Assembly (NCBI RefSeq): GCF_006345805.1 | Contig: NC_043002.1 | Span: forward strand, 26,660,001-26,724,000 | Direction: 5' to 3' | Length of the DNA stretch: 64,000 nucleotides | From: Octopus sinensis | Lineage: Eukaryota | Shown: in pieces, positions 55,339-64,000 of the stretch | How positions within the stretch are numbered: position 1 is the stretch's first letter | Layout of the letters: every line of letters starts with the position of its first letter | The notes under the pieces: generated by a model | Databases searched by the model: none | Seen by the model: only the letters and a program-made list of their open reading frames with translations | What the model was told of the DNA's origin: nothing | Program-made: the position numbers and the translations under genes

Positions 55339-56614
55339 CGAGGGGCGTTCAATAAGTAATGCCCCTGACCCACTTCCCATAGCAGTAGAGCAACGAAACT
55401 TGGCACCGTTATTAGTCTTTTTCTACATAGGAACAACCCAGAGTTACGCATTTCTCCCATTGTTTGATGCAGCTCTGGAGACCGTTTTCGTAGAAGACCC
55501 CAGCTTGGTCCTCCAGCCACGACGTGACTTCAGAAATCAAGGCTGCATCATCTGGGAAACGCTTTCCTTTCAAAAACAACTTCATGGCTGGGAAGAGGTG
55601 AAAATCAGAGGCTGCAAGGTCAGGAGAGTAGGGGGATGGGGAAGAGTTCATAGCCGCACGCCTGTGCTTCTGATCTGGCGACACGCGAGTTGTGGACCGG
55701 AGCGTTGTCCTGCAGGAGGAGGATGCCTTTACTGATCTTGCCTCACCACTTGGTTTCGATTGCTTCTCTTAATTTCCTCAAAAGTGAAGCATGATAGGCT
55801 CCTGTAATTGTGGTACCCTTTGCCAGGAAATCTGTCATCACTACTCCGTCCTGGTCCCAGAAGACAGTGAGCATGACCTTGCCAGCGGAGGGCTGCACCC
55901 TTGCATTCTTTGGAGGAGGTGAGTCATGGTGCTTCCACTGCATTGACTGGGCTTTGGTATCTGGATCATAGTGATGGACCCAGGTCTCATCCTGTGTAAT
56001 CAGTCTTTTGAAAAATGTTGACTCATCTTCTTGGCACATCCCTAAATTCATCCTCGAGCACTCGACGCGTTCTTGCTTCTGGAAAAGTGTGAGCAACCTG
56101 GGAATCCATCTGGCAGACACTTTTTGCGTATGCAAATGGTCATGAATGATAGTTTCCAGAGACCCGGTACTAATCTTGACCTCATGGGCTATTTGGCGAA
56201 TAGTTATGCGTCGATCTTCCAAAATGGCAGCCTCAACTTGACGGACAGATGCCTCATCATGGCAGAAGGGGTGCGACCAGATCTGGGAGCTGTTTTCACA
56301 GAGTTCCGACCATGTTTGAATTCACGATGCCAGCGTTTTACAAGGTCATATGATGGGGCATCATCACCATCAGTTACTTTCATTTCATTAAAAGTCTCCT
56401 GTGGTGTGCGTCATTTCAAATACAAAAACCGGATCACTGCTCGACACTCAACAGGCTTCATTTCCCACTTGACTCATTTCAAACACCTGTAAATCAGAAA
56501 CCACAATTAGTTCGGAGCTGTAATTTGCCACTTAATCTATAGAGATATAAATAATTTCAGCTAGATCAAACAAGGGCAAGTGGGTCAGAGGCATTACTTA
56601 TTGAACGCCTCTCG
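55339..56614 (-). mobile_element. Full-length mariner (irritans-like), pseudogenised DD34D transposase 55412-56461
   Basis: TIRs cgaggggcgttcaataagtaatgcc / gcattacttattgaacgcctctcg with TA on both sides; WIPRLL, ITQDETW, QDNAP, YSPDLAASDF; two stops and two frameshifts. Confidence 0.95.
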
Positions 56615-56629
56615 TATGTATGTATATAT

Positions 56630-57673
56630 ATATATAAGGAAAATACGACAAGGTAGAGAATCCTAAACGAATTGTAGCATGAAGAACTTTTGGGTACCGG
56701 TTTCAAACTTTGCGACTTTTTCAACTTTGAGTATAGCATGAAAATATTTGCGGAAAAATTAAATAAAATGTTGCCATAGTTTTCAAATACAAGGGACATT
56801 TTCCTTTCTGTCGCTTGTCTGTCCGTCTGTTTTTCTGTCCGTCTCTCTCTTTTACTCGTATGAAGATTTGGTAGTAGTTTGTAGGGAGTAGCAGTCTAAA
56901 AGGCTATTTGATATGAGGGATGTGAGTTCTCGGTTTTGATTGTTTAAGCAGCAGTAGCCGCGGAAGGAGGTGGTTGAGGAGGAGGAGAAGAAGAAGAAAA
57001 GGAAGAAAAAGAAGAAGAAGAGGAAGTAGGAAAAGAAGGGAAGAATTAGAAAAATATGGGAGTGGTATGACAGTAGTAGGATATTGGGAATCCTCTTAAA
57101 TGGTGAAGTGACCTAAAAGTGACCTGTTGTGGTTGTAATATTAGTGATTGGAATTGTTCTGAATAAATTCATGAGTTGTGACTGTTCTGAATATATCGCT
57201 TTTAATATTTGCGTGGATATTATTCTGAGGCCCTTATAGTAGTATCATCTCTGGTAGACGCATTCAAAAGGGGCTTATATTGTGTGATAAAATATTACTC
57301 TTTGCTAATGTGCTGATTATAGATTGTATCCTCCCTGCATTTATAGAGGAAAAATTCTGACTTTGGGCTGTTCATTAGTGGCGCAAATGTCGATGTGTTC
57401 GCTGAATGCTATTTTTCTGTATTGCCGAATTTTGATCTAGGATCTATGTAGAACGATCCTTTGACCTAGACTGATTTTGGTTTGGTCTCGATACCCTGAG
57501 CAAGTTAATACATATAGTAGGTTTTCCGAAGCTCATGTGGAGTTGTTTTTCACTGAAAAACGTTGACCCTGTTTGAAAGAGAACTCCTATCCCTAAAGAA
57601 CTGACATCCCTCATATCAAATATTCTTTTAGGACTGTTACTACCTGCTACCTAATTCCAAGCATTCCCAAAAG

Positions 57674-57711
<38 letters not shown>

Positions 57712-57945
57712 TGTGACAGGAGAAAAAAGGAAAATGTCCCCTGTATTTGAAAACTATGGAAATATTTTAAAAATCATTTCATTTAGTTTTTCCACTATTT
57801 AATAGTTTTTCATACTTTACTCTAAGTTGAAATAGTTACAAAGACTGAAAACGGTACTAAAATGTTGATCATGATAAAATTATTTTACCATGTTCTACCT
57901 TGTCTTACTTACCTTATACATATCAACTCGTGTGTTCATTTTCGT
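56630..57945 (-). mobile_element. Penelope-like element relic with GIY-YIG remnant and inverted pseudo-LTR arms
   Basis: Diverged inverted arms at about 56635-56795 and 57725-57920; minus translation SENLLYVLTCSG, DQTKISL.QRI.LH, SKE.YFITQYKPLLN; decayed hammerhead cores at 56724-56695 (-) and 57827-57856 (+). Confidence 0.7.
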
Positions 57946-57984
57946 ACGTAATTCAGTGAAGGAGAAGTAGTGAGAGTAATAGCC

Positions 57985-58110
57985 AGGTAACTGAGCGGTT
58001 CGCCAAAAGATAGTACTAGGCTTACAAAGAATAAGTTCTGGGATAGATTTTTTAGACTTAAGGCGGTGCTCCAGCATGACCGCTGTCATATGACTGAAGC
58101 AAATAAAAGA
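57985..58110 (+). mobile_element. SINE family B, 3' half
   Basis: gagcggttcgccaaaaga...gtactaggcttacaaagaataag...aaggcggtgctccagcatg. Confidence 0.8.
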
Positions 58111-58231
58111 GTAACAAAAAACAGTATATACAATAAATGTATACAAAAATATAGGATAGCGGTACAACAATGCACCAATATTTACTGAAACTTGCAGTTG
58201 ATAATATACGGCGCGATAGTAAAGTTTCACA

Positions 58232-58234
<3 letters not shown>

Positions 58235-58303
<69 letters not shown>

Positions 58304-58311
58304 CATACATA

Positions 58312-58347
<36 letters not shown>

Positions 58348-58728
58348 TACATGCATATACATACATATACATAAATACTTACGTACATACTCACATACGT
58401 ACATACTCACATACATACACATACATACACACACATACATACATACACATACATACACACATATATATACACACACATACACACACATGCATACATACAC
58501 ACACACACATACATACATACACACACATACTTACATACACACATACATACATACACACATACATACATACACATACACACATACATACACACACACATAC
58601 ATACATACACACATACACACATACATAAACACATACATACACACATACATGCATACATACATACACACATACACACATACATACACATATACACACATAC
58701 ATACATACATACATATACACACACACAC

Positions 58729-58795
<67 letters not shown>
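58235..58795. repeat. Long compound (TA)n/(TACA)n/(CA)n microsatellite
   Basis: Direct reading; source of the VCMY/HTHT ORFs. Confidence 0.95.
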
Positions 58796-58798
<3 letters not shown>

Positions 58799-58980
58799 GG
58801 CAAAAATGTTTGCGCCCGATGAACGTAAAATATTTTATCTTACCTCTAGGAAGAACATTAAATAAATGTACAACACAGATGTGGATAATCTAGTACCTAG
58901 CTTTCGAACTTTCCAAATCACGTTTGCCAACGTAAATTTAATTAGTTCTCATTGGCTAGATGGACCTAGACAAAATTTCA
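58795..58980 (-). mobile_element. Probable degenerate Helitron 3' region, also present at 59675-59860
   Basis: About 185 bp diverged direct repeat; the 59675 copy begins tactagcaaaaatgcttgcg (CTAG end on the minus strand, hairpin decayed). Confidence 0.5.
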
Positions 58981-59178
58981 AATACCTCTACATCAAATAT
59001 CAGTATTTACTCGTCTGAACACCTAAAAAATGGTTACATAGTGCTAAACATTGGTATTAATTCCAGTAAAACAAAGCACAATCAGGTAAAAGAATAAATA
59101 TAGGATAGTAGTACAACATTGTACCAATATTAACTGGTAATAGCAGTCGATAATATACTACGCTGTAGTAAATCTTTA

Positions 59179-59275
<97 letters not shown>

Positions 59276-59321
59276 GATAAAAAAAAGTCAAAAATAGAAA
59301 ATGCTAAGATAATTTTATAGT

Positions 59322-59374
59322 GAATCTTTCAGTACCGGTTTCGGTCATTTTGAGACCTTTTCAACCGTAACGAT
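59322..59374 (-). ncRNA. Mirror-image minimal hammerhead fold on the minus strand
   Basis: Same core (59363-59357); stem I CGG/CTG with a G-U pair; predicted cleavage after 59332. Confidence 0.7.
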
Positions 59375-59516
59375 TAAATAATTAAATTCGACCTCGAACA
59401 CACAAGTGCAAACAAGGGAGTCAGAGAAAGGCAGAATGCTACTTATATCTGAACACTACTATAGAAATATTCTTTTAAAAAAACTTTTCTTCTAATTTTT
59501 CTAAATTTAATTATTT

Positions 59517-59569
59517 AATCGTAACAGTTGAAAAGGTCTCAAAATGACCGAAACCGGTACTGAAAGATT
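59517..59569 (+). ncRNA. Minimal type I hammerhead fold, U3-A8 variant, dimer-type stem III
   Basis: AATC..CAG / TTGAAAA / GGTC-TCAAAAT-GACC / GAAA / CCGG / TA / CTG..GATT; predicted cleavage after 59559. Confidence 0.75.
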
Positions 59570-60013
59570 CACTATAAAATTATCTTAGCATTTTCTATTT
59601 TTGACTTGTTTTTTCATATATATCAACTCGTGTGTTCCTTTCCACCCTTATACATATATATATATATATATATATACTAGCAAAAATGCTTGCGGTTGAC
59701 AAACATAAAAATTTCAACTTACCTGTAGGCAGATCATTAAATAAATGTACAACCCAGATATGGGTAATCTAGGACCTAGGTTTCGAACTTTCCAAATTAT
59801 GTTTGTTAACATAAATTTGATTAATTCTCATCTGCTAGATTCATCTAGATAAAATTTATATACAGTGGAGCTTTACAATAGCGTTGTATTATCGACTGCT
59901 GTTTTCAGTAGATATTGGTGCATTGTTGTACCACTACCTTATATTTATAATTCAAACTGATGGTGCTTTGTTTTACTGGGAAGCAATATTATTGTATTGC
60001 ACTATTTAATAAT

Positions 60014-60078
<65 letters not shown>

Positions 60079-60119
60079 CAATAATAAATCTCTGAACGAG
60101 ATGTAAACAATAACTGCCC

Positions 60120-61783
60120 GTATATGTGTACACTCATATTTATTATAGCAAAGACAATGTCTTTAAGTATTCGTGTATTACTTATACATTCGAAAACTGC
60201 TGCACCGACCATAATGAAATTTGGAACACAAAATCGAAGTCCAGGGAGAAGGGTAATGCTGTGTGTTTCATACAATTTCATGGACCAAAATTTCTGAATG
60301 GATCCTTATGATATTTGAAACTTAGATTCAATGCATAAGGGCGGGTATAATGCGGGTTTGAATTTCGGATGGCTTAAAGGGGGCAGAACCCCCCATGAAA
60401 ATTCATAAATTTCAACCATGGGCAATTGACATACATCAAGAAGTATTCTCAAAGTTTCCACTTCACACGAGGATTCTAAGACACCCTAATGGGGGCCTTA
60501 ACTCCCAAAGTTTAGTAATTTCTTTTATGATCCAAAACTAAGTCAAAAGTACTGAACGTATCTTTACGAAATTTGGAAATTATATTCTATGCATAAGGGC
60601 CACAACCCCCATGACAATTCATATATTTTTGCTGTTGATGAAATTTTAACCATAGAAATTAGATACAAATGAAGTAATATGTATAAAATGTCATCTTCTT
60701 ACAAGTTAGAAAGATCTTTTCATGGGTACTTAACACCCACAGTTTTGTCATTTTATCTAAAGACGAATAGTTGTACTCTTGGAAGCCGTGGAGTCATCCG
60801 AGCATAGAAGATGCGCATTATTTGTAATTCAATGGTACAACAGTGTAAGAGTTTGCTTTGACATACACTTACATTGTGATTTCTGCAACGTGCTGCATAA
60901 ATTGTCAAGGAAATGAGAGGCATCTTTGCCTACACTGATTCATTTGCAAAGTGTTGAGTAAATTATTTGATTGCAGATCTACTTTCAGTCTTTTTAATAT
61001 CACTGGGTTACACATTGTCCCCACATGGTAACATTGGATTCAAGGTCTTCCCAGATGAGTGACTGGTTATTCAAAGACATTTATAGATTGTAAATTTATT
61101 CTCTCCAGTTACGTATTAGTATAGTGGTCATTTGCAAACTCTAACTTTCATTTCTCCTTAGCCCTCACGTCACACAGTTGTTAATGTTTATTTCAGTTGT
61201 GTCACGCCCTTTCAATTGCTATAGATTCGCAATGCATCTTACGGCTGTGCCTGTCACTCGGATGATGACGAATACTACATTGGGAGTGGTAACGTCTAGG
61301 GTACTGTAGCTGACTGCTTATTGTGATCATTCGTCTTTGGGTTTCCTGTAGATTTGCTCTCTTTTACAAACCCATTGAACATATATTTTCTATTTCAAAG
61401 AAATTCAAACAACAGATATAAGACCCAACTTAAAAAGATTCTCAACAATTCAACTTCTCTGGTTGACATTAAGATCCCCACCCCCAATAGGGGCATTAAC
61501 TCTCACATTTTAGAGCTCCATGACCTCCATTTTTCAGGATCAAAATCCTGTTCACAGGTTCTATAAGACTGGAATTTTGGAATATGCGCATAAAAATCAG
61601 CAGTATGGGATAGATGTGGCACGATAACAATTTTGTTTGGGTGTGTAAAGAGGGAAATAACACTCATCTGCAATTTTGATGAAATTCGAAACATAGGTAT
61701 TCCAGTTCATTACAGAAAATATAACAGAAATGTCTAATTCTTCAATTATATGTAACTCGGGCAACGCCGGGTAACTCAGCTAG
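60120..61783 (+). mobile_element. Non-autonomous Helitron (with a probable internal insertion)
   Basis: Body motif accgaccataatgaaatttgg; 3' hairpin ctcgggcaacgccggg then CTAG (61780-61783) followed by T. Left boundary uncertain. Confidence 0.6.
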
Positions 61784-61902
61784 TACCTTATACATTTGCA
61801 TTCATGCACATATATGTACACGCAGATGTATACTTGGAGACATATATGTATACATTTATATGCATGAATGTATGTGCATATATATATATACATATATATA
61901 TA

Positions 61903-62700
61903 TCTATATATATGAAACTGAGAATGTGTGTCTGTCTATGTGAATCCCTAAAACTTGAGAACTACACAACCAATTTCATTCAAATTTTACACATGCCTTA
62001 CTTAACGTGCATGTAGTGTCATGGGCAAAGCTCTGGGCACCATTGGGCTGACTGTCCACAGCTAGCAGCCCAACAGTCAGCGCTGTGGCAACTAGAGCTC
62101 GGTCTGGGCACCATTGGGCTGACTGTCCACAGCTAGCAGCCCAACAGTCAGCGCTATGGCGACCGGAGCTCGCTCTGGGCACCATTGGGGTGACTGTCTA
62201 CAGCTAGCAGCCCAACAGTGAGCGCGATGGCTTGGCTTGGCTTGGCTTAACTTAGCTTAGCTTAGCTTAGCTTCACACGGTATATAGGGTTCGGCAATAT
62301 GCGAAGTTGACTGATAAAGAAGCAAAACTTGGGGATGAATAAGCTACCAGAACCGACCGAATAGTGCTTTTTTTAGAATGTAACCGATGAAATTGATCTG
62401 TAAAATACGTAAAAATGATAAGGAGAATTTACCAAAATATCGCTCAGTTATGCTAACTGATGAAAAAATAACTCCTAATTTGAAATGTTGATACTAGTAT
62501 TCCTTCTTCATGAAATGGAATTTAAAAATAAATAATAGACATGTACGTGTCAAATCAAGTGAGTCACGAAAAAGCCGAAAAATACCGCTCATTTTTGTCT
62601 TATATAAAAAAGTGTTAGCTAAAGTTTAAGACATTTGTCAACCAAATTTCTACATTAAATTACCAATCAATGTGTCGTTTTATGCTGTCAATTGAATTCT
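61903..62700 (+). mobile_element. Non-autonomous Helitron 5' part carrying a minisatellite
   Basis: A|TCTATATATATGAAACTG start, gtgtgtctgtct, caatttcattcaaatttt; right end not found. Confidence 0.65.
62032..62230. repeat. 71 bp GC-rich minisatellite, about 2.8 copies, followed by (GCTTG/GCTTA)n
   Basis: tctgggcacc at 62032, 62103 and 62174. Confidence 0.95.
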
Positions 62701-63083
62701 GCTGTAAGAAAATATTCAGAGTTGATTAATCGCCAATTAGCGCCATTTATACATTAAAGTTAATATTTTATTTCATTTTTGCTTATTTAAAATAATTGCC
62801 TTTTTACTCTTTTGTGTCAGCTTATTCATTAAACACAGAATGAAATGCGTGAATGCACATGTTCGATTACACCTCATTCTAGAACGATATCGATTTTTAC
62901 TACAATCACCTATGTTCTTTCAAGAAATTTAACTGGTGCACCCACTGTGATTTCTTTTACGTATGTTTAAAATATCAGCGCAATCAGTTGAACAATACGG
63001 GGATTATAATTTTTTGCAGGCAGAACGGGATTTATATAATACATACACACACATATACATACACACACACACACACACACACA

Positions 63084-63110
<27 letters not shown>

Positions 63111-63114
<4 letters not shown>

Positions 63115-63160
63115 CGGAGATACCCGACGTTGCTCGGGATTAAATTGGCATAGTTTCTTA
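63111..63160 (-). mobile_element. Helitron 3' terminus
   Basis: Minus strand cccgagcaacgtcggg hairpin, 8 nt, then CTAG|T. Confidence 0.8.
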
Positions 63161-63164
63161 TTGT

Positions 63165-63325
63165 TTTAAATGTTTCGGTTATGTGACTGCAGCCATGCTG
63201 GTGCATCGCCTTTGGTTTCATTCTTTGTAAGCCTAGTACTAAATCTATCGGTTTGTTTTGCAACACGGCTAAGTTACGGAGACGTAAACAAAGTAACATC
63301 GGTTGTCAAACGATGGTGGGAGTAC
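63165..63325 (-). mobile_element. SINE family B, 3' half
   Basis: tgactgcagccatgctgg...ttctttgtaagcctagtact...ggttgtcaaacgatggtggg. Confidence 0.78.
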
Positions 63326-63391
63326 AGAGATTCACACATATATTACATATATATGCACACATATATATATATATATATTATGTATATATAT

Positions 63392-63436
<45 letters not shown>

Positions 63437-63454
63437 TATATATCTACATATATA

Positions 63455-64000
63455 TCTCTATATATAAACGGCAGTTTGTCTGTCTGTGTGTCTGTGTGTC
63501 TGTCCGGTTGTACACTCACTCTGACCACGGCTTTCAACCAATTCTGATGAAACTTGACACACACGTAGCCCAATGTCATAATTCAAAACTAACGCAGCGA
63601 AAATTTTGAAAAGTTCCCCCAGTTCTGAAAAAATATCGATACATTCGACATGGGTCGAGAATCTAAGCTTTTTATATGCAACACATTTTCTACAGACTGT
63701 CTAGGGGACGCAACTCGACCTTTTTAACTCTCGGAACACGTGGGGTAAGTATCCCAAAATGTATAAAAATGTACAAAAACGGCAAAAAAGCGGGTAGCAA
63801 TGTGAGTGACAACAACGAAAAAGTCAAAAGTGACCAAACTGAACAGACGAATGGAAAAGGTTTTTTGATGCACACGACAAAAGCGGTTTATAATAAACTA
63901 AGAGTTTGCAAGTAGCGCCCGAGAACCCTTAGGGTACGTCAAAAATTTAAGGTAAAACGTTTGAGGTGGTAGTTATAAAGCAAGTGTAAACAAAAAAAGT
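63455..64000 (+). mobile_element. Non-autonomous Helitron 5' end, running off the window
   Basis: A|TCTCTATATATAAACGGCAG start, tgtctgtctgtgtg, caattctgatgaaacttgacac. Confidence 0.72.

Larger units (their letters stand above)
59271..59655. mobile_element. Fold-back mini-element in (TA)n: about 117 bp inverted arms (59271-59387 / 59504-59620), 116 bp spacer, short right extension
   Basis: Arms nearly identical by eye; extension atatcaactcgtgtgttc is shared with the Penelope-like relic at about 57920-57937. Confidence 0.9.

Noticed and set aside
62032-62230. Regular repeats as a CRISPR array
   Set aside because: Head-to-tail units with no unique spacers, eukaryotic context and no cas genes.
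62230-62275. (GCTTA)n as telomeric repeat
   Set aside because: Only a few pentamer units, not TTAGGG, and internal to a Helitron-like element.

Overview
AT-rich eukaryotic DNA with a very high microsatellite load. The SINE families and repeat style point to a coleoid cephalopod (Octopus-like) genome; this is an inference, not a database match. I found no convincing host protein-coding exon, so the window looks like a large intron or intergenic region. Nearly every ORF in the supplied track is either a microsatellite read-through or a broken transposon ORF. Contents: several R4/Dong-type RLE LINE fragments (two ~941 bp near-identical copies form a tail-to-tail inverted pair), RTE LINE 3' ends, three mariner elements, hAT and Chapaev3-like relics, Helitron/Helentron pieces, two long-TIR MITEs and many tRNA-derived SINEs. 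Main finding: short fold-back elements inserted in (TA)n tracts (30363-30571, 59271-59655), plus a longer Penelope-like relic with a GIY-YIG remnant (56630-57945), carry type I hammerhead ribozyme folds in both arms. One class has the canonical CUGAUGA core; the other has a compensatory U3-A8 core (UUGAAAA) and a palindromic ACCGGU stem III that can only fold as a dimer. All structures were derived by eye; no folding, alignment or search was run. Most element boundaries are approximate.
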